From: Octopus vulgaris
Lineage: Eukaryota
Direction of reading: 5' to 3'
DNA length: 64,000 nucleotides
Assembly (NCBI GenBank): GCA_951406725.2
Contig: OX597831.1
Location: 68,696,001-68,760,000, forward strand
Shown here: piece by piece, positions 37,526 through 50,924 of the stretch
Position numbering within the stretch: position 1 is the first letter of the stretch
Layout: each line of letters starts with the position of its first letter
The notes under the pieces: generated by a model
Seen by the model: the letters and a program-made list of their open reading frames with translations, nothing else
Databases searched by the model: none
What the model was told of the DNA's origin: nothing
Made by a program: the position numbers and the translations under genes

Positions 37526-37833
37526 TATCATGTGATCACATGACCGACCAGACCATCAGATGTTGTTACACATCACTGGTTACAATGCGTTCGCATTGTT
37601 TTAGCCTTCAAATGACGCCACCCTGCTGGCTAAGTGAGCAGACCAACAGAAGAAAGTGTGCGAGAAAGAGTGGTGAAAGAGTACAGCAGGGATCACCACC
37701 CCCTGCCAGAGCCTTGTGGAGCTTTTTAGGTGTTTTCGCTCAATAAACACTCACAACGCCCGTCCTGGGAATTGAAACCACGATCCTACGACCGCGAGTC
37801 TGCTGCCCTAACCCCTGGGCCATTGCGCCTCCA
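37525..37833 (-). mobile_element. SINE with family C head and a third type of 3' body
   Basis: Family C-like from 37833 to ~37665, then unrelated tail. Confidence 0.8.
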
Positions 37834-38270
37834 CATATATTTATATATATGTATGTATAGGTAACTGCGCTTGTGCGGTGGGTTTGAAAAAGTATAATGT
37901 ATATTGATGGAGCATGTGTATCTTCAGTGTTGGATAAATATGCTTTAATTTTACCACCCTTACTGAAGAAACACAGATGGCAAATTAATTTATTTCCACA
38001 TTAATGCAGAAACTCGAGTATAAGAGTAACTATTGAAATGTTTTTACTTTTCATTCCCTTTGAAATTACTTTTATTTGTGGTTTGGGCTCTAACTGCACT
38101 TTCCAGCTTGTAAGGTCACCTCTTTTGTGTATAAAAATGTACACTAATTTATACATATATATATATATATATATATATTTTTTTATTATCATTTGAGGGA
38201 ATAAAATCCAAAACTTACAAGGAAACAGAATTCAATTTAGAAATACTAAATCAAATTCCACACAATATAA

Positions 38271-38601
38271 TATATATATAAAATATTAGAAAGAAACCAC
38301 CTTTTATCAATTCAAAATGAACAATTAAATTACACCATCTAGAAAATTACATATAATAGAAAAGTTAAAATTAAAATAGCAATAGTAAGTAAAGATTAAG
38401 TAAATTACAAAAATAATAAAAATGTATATAATAGGTAGAAAAACCATTATATACCTTTATATACATTTTTATTATTTTTGTAATTTACTTAATCTTTACT
38501 TTTTATTGTTATTTTAATTTTAACTTTTCTATTATATGTAATTTTCTAGATGGTGTAATTCAATTATTAATTTTGAATTGATAAAAGGTGGTTTCTTTCT
38601 A

Positions 38602-38617
<16 letters not shown>
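38271..38617. repeat. AT-rich fold-back: ~160-bp arms, ~25-nt loop, inside (TA)n
   Basis: aaatattagaaagaaaccacc...atgtatataa / ttatatacat...ggtggtttctttctaatattt. Confidence 0.9.
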
Positions 38618-38633
<16 letters not shown>

Positions 38634-38696
38634 AATTTTCAGAATGAGATAAAAATCCAAGGCTGTGAAAAATTTTAGAACATTTATAAATAGAAG

Positions 38697-38744
38697 GTAT
38701 TATTGCTGTTTCCAGGATATTTTATATATCCCTTCATCGGAGAC
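38697..38744 (-). ncRNA. Degenerate hammerhead-like motif (CCGATGA core)
   Basis: gtct-CCGATGA-agggatat...atatcct-g-GAAAC-agc; related to 58947-59002; 3' side decayed. Confidence 0.4.
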
Positions 38745-39284
38745 GGTGTGAGAAAATAGTTAAGCAATAGTTATTCTAGAGAAGATATGAAAAAGAGAGT
38801 GAAGTGGAGGAATGAAAACAGATATGAGATATGCAGGAATATTGTGCAATAGGTATATATATATATGTGTGTGTGTGTATATACACAAGCACACACATAT
38901 AGATCTAGATATGTGAGATACTCTCACGGTCATCTATATTTAAGCCAGCAATGGTTTATGGTAAGTATAGTATTTTTTCCTGATGAACTGGGATTAGTGC
39001 TGTTCCACATTAATCTTCATGAATTATGCATCTTAATTACATAACTATAGAATTAATTGTGCTTATTTCTCATGAGATAAGCATAATGTTGAAAATAAAT
39101 TATGATTGACCTGTGAAACTTGTGTTTATTCGCTTTTTTTAAAAGTTTAATACACACACACACATACACACATGCACACACACATATATATTTATATATG
39201 TTTATATATATATATGTGCATATATGTATGTATATACATATATGTATGTGTTTATATGTATGTATATACATATATGTATAGATC

Positions 39285-39465
39285 GTTAGCTACTACACAC
39301 ATTTTTTTCTCTCCTTGTTGTTTTCTGTGTATCTTTCTGTAGAAGAGCATAGGCTCGAAACGTAAAAGACTTTTTCTATTCCTGAGCGCTTTACTAATAC
39401 ATCTGTTTGTTTTGTACACCACCTGCCTTCGTCTTTTGTTTATTTTCGTAAACTTTCCTGTTATA
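39285..39465 (+). mobile_element. Short HHR-bearing PLE-type unit (family H3) in (TA)n/(TG)n
   Basis: Second copy 46527-46682 (-), divergent fragment ~58095-58195 (-). Confidence 0.8.
39332..39369 (+). ncRNA. Candidate minimal hammerhead, A6U core variant (CUGUAGA)
   Basis: tcttt-CTGTAGA-a-gagc(atag)gctc-GAAAC-GTA-aaaga; perfect 5-bp stem I; same core at 46620-46657. Confidence 0.7.
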
Positions 39466-39535
39466 TGTATATATATATATATATCTATATATATAAATAT
39501 ATATATATATACATAATACATACATACACACACAA

Positions 39536-39567
<32 letters not shown>

Positions 39568-40741
39568 ACAGAGGCACAGTCATGACAGTGTTAATAGGTT
39601 GTCTCCCATCTTTATGATTTTGAGTTCCCTATCACTGCATGGCACATTGAACAATTAGTCAAATACTTGTGTGTGGATTTGGTAGATGAAACCTGAGAAA
39701 GTGAAACTTATGTATGTATGTATACATGCAGGCAGGCATACATATGTGTGCATGTGTAGTGTGTATGTATATATGTTTATGAGTGTATGTGCATGGATTT
39801 GCACCTCCTGATTTTGACATTATGTTACAGTTGTGACCAAGTTTCACCATCGTACAGTGTTATCCATTTCTAATCTTCTGTGAAAACATGTCTAGTCACA
39901 GGGAATATTTATCTTGCATGAAAACACATGAAATTTTGGCATCAAGAAGGGTATCCAGGCATAGAATATATCTACCACAATGAATTCTGTTTAATCCATA
40001 CAAACATAGAAAATGGATGCTAAAACAATGATGATTGAGTGTGTGCATGTGTACACATGAGCGTATATATGTATAAAACACATATTTCACACACACATAT
40101 AAGACTATATAAACATGATTTATATGGTTTTATATGTGTGAGTGTGAATGTAGTTGTGTGTATGAATACAGATACATAATATTATCAACAGAAGATAATT
40201 GAAGAGAATTTTCATTGTATGAGTTTTATGTTCTCTTTCAAGTATCCAAGTAGCTTAAACATAGAATAAAATTTCTGTGTCCCCTATATATGATGTTGGC
40301 CACATAAATTGATATGTTAAGCTTCACTTGTGTAGACACAGTTTTCAACTATTAATATAATTTAATATCATATTTCTTCCTTTGTTTCCCATAGTTATGT
40401 TTATTTTGCACAAAATTCCAAAATTCAATTACATTGGAAATATTGCTGAGAAACTCAAAGATTTAGTAATTTTACCCTCATCATGAATTACTATGGAGGT
40501 TAACCTGTTCTATTTGATGATGTCTCTTACAGGAAATACTATGTAAATATCATACAAGTTATTAATTTCTTAAAACACAAGTAAATTGGTTTTCTTGTTA
40601 TTTATGGTTAGTCTTTTAATAACAGAGCATCATCCTCATATTTATGAAAATAATATTAATAAGTTCTGTATTTGCCACAAGAGTAACATACAAGGCAAAT
40701 TAAAAAGATAAGATGCAAAAGCAGTAGATGCTTTTCATCAA

Positions 40742-40788
<47 letters not shown>

Positions 40789-40791
<3 letters not shown>

Positions 40792-40850
40792 TTGGCATCC
40801 TTTTTGTCTCAGGAGACAATGGAGTTGCGCATAAAATAGTCTAGTCCGGC
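40789..40850 (-). mobile_element. Probable RTE/BovB-like 3' terminus fragment
   Basis: gcgcaactccattgtctcctgagac...ggatgccaacc, recalled as an RTE-type 3' end; unverified. Confidence 0.4.
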
Positions 40851-40918
40851 TTTTACATTTCATGTCCTAATACATGGTCAGCATGGGAATAAAAAGGTAA
40901 TAATTATTTAAAATTATA

Positions 40919-41275
40919 ATTATAATTTAGGGTATCTAAGAGATACCACCACGCTGGAAATAGCAGTCAAAACTTGACTCCAAAAGCACTTTAAATGTTT
41001 GTACAGCAGCATCAAGTTTCCCACCAGCTCCTGGTGCTGCGTGAACATTTAATGTGGTTTTAGAGTCAAGTTTTGACTGCTATTTCCAGCGTAGTAGTAT
41101 TTCTTAGATACCCTGAATTATAATTTTAAATATAGATATATATATATAAGGATAAGATCGTTAATTTAAATTACGATCTTATCAAGTGGCCACATTTAAT
41201 GTGGTTTTAGAGCCAGGTTTTGGCTGCTATTTCTAGCATGGCGGTATCTCTTAGATATCCTAAATTATAATTTTA
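40919..41275. repeat. Inverted + direct triplication of an ~90-bp unit
   Basis: Arm 40919-41016 inverted relative to 41030-41125; direct copy 41190-41275. Confidence 0.85.
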
Positions 41276-42236
41276 TATATATATATATATTTGTGTGTGT
41301 GTATGTATGTATTCACTTGATGCAAGACACATACAGACAGAATGATAAATAGAATGATGAATATAAATAGATATAAATATATTATTTGATATTATTACTG
41401 TGGCAAGCTGGCAAAATCATTAGCATGTTGAACAAAATATTTAGCAGCATTTTTTCTAGCTTTTGCATTTAGAACTCAGACTCCACTCTGTTCAACCTTA
41501 CTTTTCAGCCTTAAGGGTGTGTGGGGGAGGTCAATATAATCAACTTACTCCTTCCCTCAAAACTGCTGTTCTTGTGCCAAAATTTTAAACCATTTTTTGG
41601 TATTGTCAATCAATTGCAGTCAGCAACAGATTTTCTGGTGATAGGACTCCATACTTTTAAAAGAGTAAAATTTGTTGATAAAATTGATTTCAATGGGACT
41701 TCGAGTTTCCCATTAATGGCCTATCAATCTGGTCAGATATGCCATTGAAAGGAAACCTTCTTGTCCCAGTCAAATCGAATTTCATAAATATTTGTGTTTG
41801 TGTATGTGATATGTGATTTATGTATCATACTTAACATATATACCCTATTGATATACTGTGGTTTGGCTCGGACATAAAGTCTCTTATAGATATGCAATAG
41901 ATATTGAGAAGAGATTAAAAACAAACTATCCTAGCAGTGGCTAGTAAGAGTACGAGATGTATTTTGGCCTTCTCAGGTCTTGTTCATGGTTTGTACTTGC
42001 AGCTACATGTATAGGCAAAATTTGGTGTCTCTTATATAAGAAACAGTGAATAGTATATTCACTGGATTTTTTAACATAGCATGTCTGTAGTAAGAGACTA
42101 TAAATATACTACATTAAAAAAATAATCAATAGCACTTTAACTTTAAAAATAAACACCATTACATTCATAGATTCAACGTGGTTCATTCATCTGCTGGAAA
42201 TAGTTGCTAAATTTCCCTAAGATCACACTTACCAAT

Positions 42237-42450
42237 TTAACCCTCTCATTACCAATGAAACCAGCTCTGGCTCTGAATACAAATGTCTTGTTTTGACAGG
42301 TTTTGAATTAAAATCTTCCACTAAACCTTTGTCACAATTTGTGTTCCTAGTACTAGCTTAATGATAACTAAGTTATTTTACTAAATTCTTTGTTATTTTT
42401 AAAATAATTGAAAGAAACACAGAGCATCTCAAAATAAACATACAAAGAAA
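42237..42450. mobile_element. TTAA MITE, copy 6 (opposite orientation, one end damaged), inside an older repeat
   Basis: ttaaccctctcattacc start; reverse complement of the MITE body. Confidence 0.85.
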
Positions 42451-43413
42451 GAGCACAATAGATAATATATTCCTGTATAAAATATGCCTGAAAAGGTTGG
42501 AATTGTTTCAATTGAAATACTTTTGCTTATAGGTCATCTTAATCAGAACTGATGTGGCATTAATCAATGAGAACTTCTATGAGAAATTTTGACTCTTCAT
42601 TTTATTAATGCATAAATGACAAATATGTCATGATTATGTATACCCACCTAATTAAATTAATTTGAATTATATATCACACAGAAACTTAACCTAATAATCT
42701 CTTCTGCTCTTTGGCTCTTGTCAATAATCACAGTTTGTTCAAATCTAAATTCTGAGTTTGCAAAAATGAAATTTTCTCTTAAGTTACAAATGTTCACATT
42801 AAAGTTGATATTTATAGTTCTAATTTCATGGTAAGAACTAAATGAGAAAGAAATATTGCTTAGGCCTGGATACCAGAACAGTATTACAAATAACATGACC
42901 AGATAATCTGATGTCTATTCTTAACAGTAAAATGAAGTGAGACATAGATTCAACTGTTCTATAGTGAAGGTGAATTTGCAGCAAAAAACACCTTCAGCAG
43001 ATTTTAATTAAAGACAACTCAGAGTTAGTTGTTTAAATTTTTTTTTAGACTAAAAACTTCAGTGGGTCCCATACAATTGCTCCCATTGTGACTCCAAACA
43101 TATGTTCACCCACACAAAGACGTCAGCAAACCAATACCAATAGGATTAGCAGCAAGCTAATACATGATAGATTATTCATCACAGACACATATACAAAACT
43201 GGTGTATTTGGGCTTCATAATATGTGGACTCCTTTGAGAGATGAGCATTTTTACCTGGACTGGCATAGGATCAGCTCCTCTCTCTAAGATACTTTTAGCA
43301 GTAAACAAGGTCAGTTAGCAGAATTGGTAGGCTAATGATATAAATGAATTGTAGTAGATATAAACAGAAATTTGTTGTATTTTTGTATATGTGAAGTAGA
43401 TACTAGCATAGTG

Positions 43414-43800
43414 TGGAGGCACAATGGCCCAGTGGTTAGGGCAGCGGACTCGCGGTCGTAGGATCATAGTTTCGATTCCCAGACCAGGCGTTGTGAGTGT
43501 TTATTGAGCGAAAACACCTAAAGCTCCACGAGGCTCCGGCAGGGGATGGTGGTGATCCCTGCTGTACTCTTTCTCCACAACTTTCTCTCACTCTTACTTC
43601 CTGTTTCTGTTGTACCTGTATTTCGAAGGGCCGGCCTTGTCACTCTCTGTGTCACGCTGAATATCCCCGAGAACTACGTTAAGGGTGCACGTGTCTGTGG
43701 AGTGCTCAGCCACTTACACGTTAATTTCATGAGCAGGCTGTTCCGTTGATCGGATCAACTGGAACCCTCGTCGTCGTAACCGACGGAGTGCTTCCATCCA
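43414..43800 (+). mobile_element. SINE family C
   Basis: Full length; head with gactcgcggtc (TCG anticodon-like); ctagcatagt on both flanks (TSD-like). Confidence 0.92.
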
Positions 43801-44633
43801 TCCACTAGCATAGTATCTACTTCACATATACCTTGAAGTCTCTCTGACACCAGTGCAGACTTTTTGTCTATTTGTTTTTGTATTAAATACTGTAAACACA
43901 GAGTTTTTATGTTGTTAAGAAAACTACAGTCTATATATTTCTTCACTCAGCAGTGCACATCATGAATATCAGAGCATTTCACAAATAATAACCCACTGTT
44001 GAATACTAAGAGGCTTGGACGTGTGAGTTACACTCCTGAAGAATATCTCATCTTCTGGCAAATAATTTTATATTCTGTTCTTCCTGGTCTTCATAAAAAA
44101 GCAACAAAAACAAGTCTGTTTAAACAAATTTTACCAGCGACTACTTCTCTGATGCAGTCACAAAACAAATGTCTTCTATAACAAGTTGTAGGCCAGAAAC
44201 TGAAAGCACTATTATGCTGTTTAGTCTAGTACAAAACATTGTCATCATATTTCTTGTCTGTCTTTCAAGATGACACTTTTATTGAACAAATGAAGTTAAG
44301 CTGTCTATGTTGTTTCTCATGGTGAGAATTGATTACTTTGGAACAATCTAATAACACTTCAGAATGAAGAATTATTATTATTTTCATGGTTGATATTTTT
44401 AAATGCTGGGCAAACAGAAAAAGTAGACCATCAGTCTGTTGTATTATGTTCCATCTTACTGTGAATTAAGAAAAGAGCCTTTACATTTCTGCTCAAGCTT
44501 CTAGAAATAGTAGCCAAATCTCATGGAAATCATACTCACCATCTTAGTAAAGGAAAGAACATTGTAGATAATGTAATTTTTGTTAACTCTAAAAGAACAG
44601 GATGGTTATGTTTGGAACCTTTGTAATCATATA

Positions 44634-45080
44634 TAGGCGAAGGAGTGGCTATAGGTGCAGGAGTGGCTGTGTGGTAAATAGCTTGTTTACCAACCACATG
44701 GTTCCATGTTCAGTCCTACTGTGAGGCACCTTGGGCAAGTGTCTTCTACTATAGCCCCGGGCCGACCAATGCCTTGTGAGTGGATTTGGTAGACAGAAAC
44801 TGAAAGAAGCCCATCGTATATATGTATATATATATATATATGTGTATGTGTGCGTGTATGTTTGTGTGTGTGTGTGTGTTTGTCCCCCTAGCATTGCTTG
44901 ACAACCGATGCTGGTGTGTTTATGTCCCCATCACTTAGTGGTTTGGCAAAAGAGACTGATAGAATAAATACTAGGCTTACAAAGAATAAGTCCCGGAGTC
45001 AACTTGCTCGATTAAAGGTGGTGCTCCAGCATGGCCGCAGTCAAATGACTGAAACAAGTAAAAGAGTAAGAGTAAAGAGT
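44634..45080 (+). mobile_element. SINE family A with duplicated first ~18 nt
   Basis: ataggcgaaggagtggct ataggtgcaggagtggct. Confidence 0.9.
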
Positions 45081-46526
45081 ATATATCTGCTTATACAGGG
45101 TTGATCTGAAGCTAAAACAAGAATAATTCGACTACATATTCAGATTCAAATCCAGCTGGGTTCAGCTCTGCTTTTCATTGTTGAAATGTCAATAAAATAA
45201 ATACCACTCATGCCATTTCCTTCATTGAAGCCCCCATGGCTTTGTGCCAATGAGAGAGAGAGAGAGATCTTTTTTATTATTACCATTGTTATTGGCTGTA
45301 GGAATATCAGAAATAGCTGAAAGTTAAACTAAATGCCTTAAAAAAGATTTTCTGGTATATTCTAAATTCAAATGCAGCAGGGGCCAACTTTGCCTCTCAA
45401 TGTCCTGGTAACTTGTAAGTTATTGATATATCGACAAAACCCCCAGCTGGAAAAATACGTGGCTTTGTGCCAACGTAAATTTTATCAATGTTGTTGATTT
45501 TATTGCTTAATTACGCTTGAATAAATATGATTTAAAATTAATCTAATGCCAGACAAAAAAGATCTAAAATATCAAAGAAAAAAAAGAAAAGAAAAATATT
45601 GTTACAGTTAAGAAAGCCAGCTTTATTCATTTTTGTGGAATGCTGAGAGTGTTTTTCATAACTTGGTAAATCCTAAGGGTCTCAATGTCATTGTGGAAGT
45701 CAAGAAATATTTTCTCATTCAGTTTAAATATAGATGTTTGTTGAATCTATTTATAAATATTTTTGTTTCAAATAGTTTTTATAATTACAGAGAAAGAAAC
45801 AATTTTGTTAATTTCAATTAAAATAGATTTCTTATTCACTACATTCTTTGTGTGAAAACTATTAGAAATTTATACATTATAGTGAATAGTAGAACATTAC
45901 AGGTTCTTTATTTTCATTGAAGCTGAAGTAATTTTGATATACAAGAAAAGCCCTACCTCTCATCAAATTAACCTTTTTGTCATAAATTTTACTGACTGTT
46001 TTTTTTTTTTTTTTCTTAAATAGACCATCACTAATAACTTTGGACTCTAACCACTTACAAAGTCTTGAATGAGGTGGAGGAGAAGGGATTACAAAATAAG
46101 TAAATACTTGGTGGCTTGCTTGCTGTTGTGTTGTGTACAGGATAATTATTCAAATTTTAACAGGTGGTTAATTAGTAAAGGAATGAGAAGAATTTTATTG
46201 ACTGTGAAGAGATGGAATTGGAAACTGACAAAAATGGAAATTATAATTTGGAATACAGAAAGAAGCCACTAAATACTTTATGGTATTTATTTTGGTGTGT
46301 ACTACAACCACTACAGTGACCTTTAAAGAACTATAAAAATTGATTATTTTCGTGTCATGGTTTTTGTGTCAGTGTTGATTTTAACTTCTGCAGACATGGT
46401 GAACTTAGAGGAGTTGGTTGAGACTGGTTTCACCTCTGTGTCTGTTTGTCTGTCCTTTCATCCATTCATCCTTCCAGCCATCTAGCTGCACACACACACA
46501 CCTCTCCTTTATATATATATATATAT

Positions 46527-46682
46527 AAAAGGGAAAGTTTACGAAAATAAACAAAAGACAAAGGCAGGTGGTGTACAAACAAACAGATGTATTAGTATAG
46601 CGCTCAGGAATAATAGAAGTCTTTTACGTTTCGAGCCTACGCTCTTCTACAGAAAGATACACAGAAAAAAACAAGGAGAGAA
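46527..46682 (-). mobile_element. Family H3 HHR-bearing unit, copy 2
   Basis: Reverse complement tctttctgtagaagagcgtaggctcgaaacgtaaaagac. Confidence 0.82.
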
Positions 46683-46883
46683 TTCTTTTACTTGTTTCAG
46701 TCATTTGACTACAGCCTTGCTAGAACACCACCTTAAAGCATTTTTTAGTTGAAGAAACTGACCTCAGGACTATTGTTTGTATGCTTAGTACCTATTCTAT
46801 CGATGACATTAGCTGAACTGCTAAGTTGCAGGAATGTAAAGATTCCAACATTGGTTGCCAAGCAATACACAAAGACACACACG

Positions 46884-46954
<71 letters not shown>

Positions 46955-47100
46955 CTTCTTTCAGTTTCCATCTACCAAATTTACTGACAAGGCTTTGGTC
47001 GACCCAATGCAATAGCAGAAAACACTTGCCCAAAGTTCCACACAGTGGAACTGAACCCAGAACCATGTGGTTGAGAAGCAAGCTTCTTACCACACAGCCT
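46683..47100 (-). mobile_element. SINE family A (older) with long (CA)n
   Basis: Reverse tail and head. Confidence 0.82.
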
Positions 47101-47759
47101 TGCCTTTACCTCCACTTTCCTTCTTGGCCATGGTTGGACAGGTTGGACAGGTTGTCATGGTCTGAGTCATTACCTATTGGTAACTGTTGCTTCTACAGAT
47201 TGATACATGAATGTGTCACTTTACAGCCGGTTGCTCTACCTATCGCCAGCCCTTTTGCAGGGTGTACTGGATGCATTTTTAATTGCATCAACACTAGAGA
47301 GGCTGGATAAGGAAACCTCAGAACTCTTTGCACTGTCTGCTCAGTTTACCAACCACTTTTCAGAGAATATTGAGTATATTTTGTAGTACCAGCACCAGAG
47401 GCATTGTTTCACTCATCCTTTGCTTTGAAGGGGCAAGGGTTGTTGCCCAGAGGAGGTGCAATGTTTTGTAGATAGGACAATATAGATAGTATTAAGACTT
47501 CTTGGAATATAGACTGAGGAGGGGCAATAGTGGGGAGCAATGCCAGCAGGAATGTTGGACGTGAGTAAGGGGAGCAAATAAGTGATGATAATACACAATA
47601 ACCTAAGGTGAGTATTATGAGAGAGTGAGAGAGCATTGATGTCCTTAGGGCTCGAAAAGCTGAGTGGAAGAAAGAAAGGGACAGAAGTGTGATCTAAGGC
47701 CCTTTTGTTGACAATACAAAGGTTCTGTATTTTTTCCTGCTCATGAACACATTATGAAC

Positions 47760-47960
47760 ATACTTTGAGGCCTCTTGATTTTAGTTTTCATTTCCATGCC
47801 TAGAACGGAATTAGACAAAAATTTGTCCAATTCTTGTACAAATTTAGCAATAAGAACTAGATCATTCATACATAGGAGCACCTATAACCAGTCTTGAGCT
47901 TCTGTGTGATGGCCTGTATGACTGATAAATGGGATTGGGCTGAGGATATAGTAGTCACAG
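47760..47960 (-). pseudogene. RTE-X-like reverse transcriptase relic
   Basis: LSPIPF...LLCMNDLVLIAKFVQELDKF...KSRGLKV resembles LSPLLF...LLYADDLALIAES..EL...ESKGLRV. Confidence 0.6.
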
Positions 47961-48165
47961 AATCACACACTCAGACAATGATGTAGGATTAGATCTCAGA
48001 AGATAAGTCCTCACTAATAAAGATCTCTACTGTGACTCACAAAAACAACATGGATTTTAAGGGTTTGTGGTAATAGCTGCAAAAGCAACGACCTATTGGT
48101 GTTATGTAATTTACTTGTCTGCAATCACAGTTATCAAAACAGAATTAAAAAATAATTTTCAATGT

Positions 48166-48553
48166 ATAGGCGTAGGAGTGGCTGTGTGATAAGTAGCTTG
48201 CTTACCAACCACATGGTTCCGGGTTCAGTCCCACTGCGTGGCACCTTGGGCAAGTGTCTTCTACTATAGCCTCAGGCCGACCAAAGCCTTGTGAGTGGAT
48301 TTGGTAGATGGAAACTGACAGAAGCCCGTCGTATATATGTATGTGTGTGTATATATGTGTGTGTGTTTGTGTTTGTCCTCCCAACATCGCTTGACAACCG
48401 ATGCTGGTGTGTTTACGTCCCCGTAACTTAGTGGTTCGGCAAAAGAGACCGATAGAATAAGTACTAGGCTTACAAAGAATAAGTCGACTTTCTCGACTAA
48501 AGACGGTGCTCTAGCATGGCCACAGTCAAATGACTGAAACAAGTAAAAGAGTA
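48166..48553 (+). mobile_element. SINE family A
   Basis: Full-length copy. Confidence 0.92.
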
Positions 48554-49761
48554 ATCATCTCACACTAACCTTTTTCATAAAAAACAACTATTGTATATTT
48601 GCCCCATAATTTGCCTTCTTCCTGACTGTTAGTAGTAACATCTGTAATCCAGAGCCAAATCTTTACTTATAAAGCTGTCTCTGCCATCTATAACAGGCAA
48701 ATGCTTTGTGTGTCATTTAGCAACATTATGTATTTTTTTCATCTTTATGTTATTATAACTCTTGATTTGGATATTAAAATGCAAAGATCTCACAACAAAC
48801 TACATCTGAAATGTCAATTTAGTGTATGTCATTTCTGAAATAATAGCTGTCACAATAAAGTGTTTACCCAATCATTAGTTTTATGCCATGGCTGTTTAAT
48901 CTAATTTTGGGTGACTTGTAAACAGCTAGAATTAATTTAAGAATATATTAAAACTTCATATCATTTCTAATGTCATTTTCTGAAATCAAATTTTCAAGTT
49001 AACAGAATTGGAACTGCATCACACAAAATGCTTTGTTGTATTTGATTATTGCACTTTACAGCATATGTTTATGTTGTGCTGAGGTCACCTTTGCCTTTCT
49101 TTCAGGGTTCATAAGATAAAGTACCAGTCAGGTACTAACATTGATATAACTGACAAACCCCTCCCCTTGTGCCTATAAGAAACGATTATTACCGTTATTA
49201 TGCTTTTAACAATTTCATCCAAGTTTATTCTCCATCTCTACCTCAGTACATTTGATAATAAAAAAGATAATACCATGCATGTAGTACTATCTTTTGTGAG
49301 TATAGGTTGATGTTTCATCAGAAATAACATGTTCCTAAAGTTATTTAAATGCTTCACCTGTTTGCTATGTAGAATCATCATCATCATCATCATGACAATG
49401 ATGATGATGATGACAACGTCTTCATCGCCACCATCATCAACATCATCATCATCATTTCGTGTCTGTTTTGCATGCCGGCATGGATGGGTTAGCTTGACAG
49501 GACCCAACAAGTTGAAGGACCATTTTTGGCTCCAATGTCTCATTTTTGGCCTGATTTCAATGGCTGGATAGAAACACCACCCACTTCCTTCCAAACACCA
49601 ACCACTTACAGATGCATTTTCTTATGGAACCAACCCTATTTGGATTGCCTTGAAGCTTGGAAACTGAAAAGAGCTTTCTTGATAGATGGAATAGATTTAA
49701 CAATGGAATCACTCTTCAGGTAAAGAACAAAGACGAACTAAGATTCATCATTGCTTGAAAG

Positions 49762-50160
49762 ATAGGCACAAGAGTGGCTTGTGGTAAGTAGCTTGCTTAC
49801 CAACCACATGGTTTTCGGTTCAGTCCCACTACACGGCACCTTGGGCAAGTGTCTTCTATTATAAACACAAACTAACCAGAACCTTGTAAGTGGATTTGAT
49901 AGACGGAAACTGAAAGAAACCCGTTGTATATGTGTGTGTACGTTTGTGTGTCTGTGTTTATTCCATCCACTATTGCTTGACAACCAGTACTGGTGTGTTT
50001 ACGCCACCATTACTTGGCAGTTTGGCAAAAGAGACTGATGGAATAAGTACTAGGCTTACAAATAATAAGTCCTGGGGTTGATTTGTTTGACTAAAGGTGG
50101 TGCTCCAGCATGGCCGCAGTCAAAATGACTGAAATAAATAAAGGAATAAAAGAATAAAAG
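49762..50160 (+). mobile_element. SINE family A
   Basis: Full-length copy. Confidence 0.9.
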
Positions 50161-50358
50161 AAAACACTTAATAGAAAAAAATACATAACTCACCTGCCAC
50201 AAATTTTTCAAGAAGTTAAAATAATACAAAAACAGATATGTTTAGAATATAAATAAGTGTAGACATGGTTTTGGGTTCAATCGCTTTGCATGGGACCTTA
50301 GTCAAGAGCCTTCTCTATAGTCTTGGTAGTCTGGAAACTCAAAGAAGCCCAATGTGTG

Positions 50359-50413
<55 letters not shown>

Positions 50414-50439
50414 AGTTTTGGTTAAGGTACCTGGCACCA

Positions 50440-50787
50440 TATGTGGCCGATGTCAGCACTGCCTTGACTGGCTTCCGTGTCGGTGGCACGTAAAAACCAC
50501 CAACCGATCGTGGCCGTTGCCAGCCTCCCCTGGCTCCTGTGCTGGTGGCACGTAAAAAGCACTATCCATACTTGGTCGATGCCAGCACCACCTTGACTGG
50601 CTTCCATGCTGGTCGCACGTAAAAAGCACTCACTACATTAACGGAGTGGTTGGCGTTAGAAAGGGCATCCAGCTGTAGAAACACTACCAAATCAGACTGG
50701 AGCCTGGTGCAGCCTCCATGGCTTACCAGACCCCGTGGATCCATCCAACCCATGCTAGCATGGAAAGCGGACGTTAAACGATGATGA
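50440..50787 (+). mobile_element. Family D element nested in the (TA)n of an old family A SINE (~50263-51120)
   Basis: Three tandem-unit motifs + (GAT)n tail; A sequence on both sides. Confidence 0.85.
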
Positions 50788-50820
<33 letters not shown>

Positions 50821-50889
50821 GCATATGTGTGTGTGTGAGTGTATGCATATATATATGTATATATATACACACATATGTATATTTATATA

Positions 50890-50924
<35 letters not shown>

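Noticed and set aside
43414-43490. tRNA-Arg(TCG) genes at family C heads
   Set aside because: They continue into SINE bodies, some with TSDs, and lack proper acceptor stems.
41620-44400. Long decayed retroelement (FNG..DQID..LMG piece on the minus strand)
   Set aside because: Only one weak RT-like motif; boundaries and class cannot be supported.
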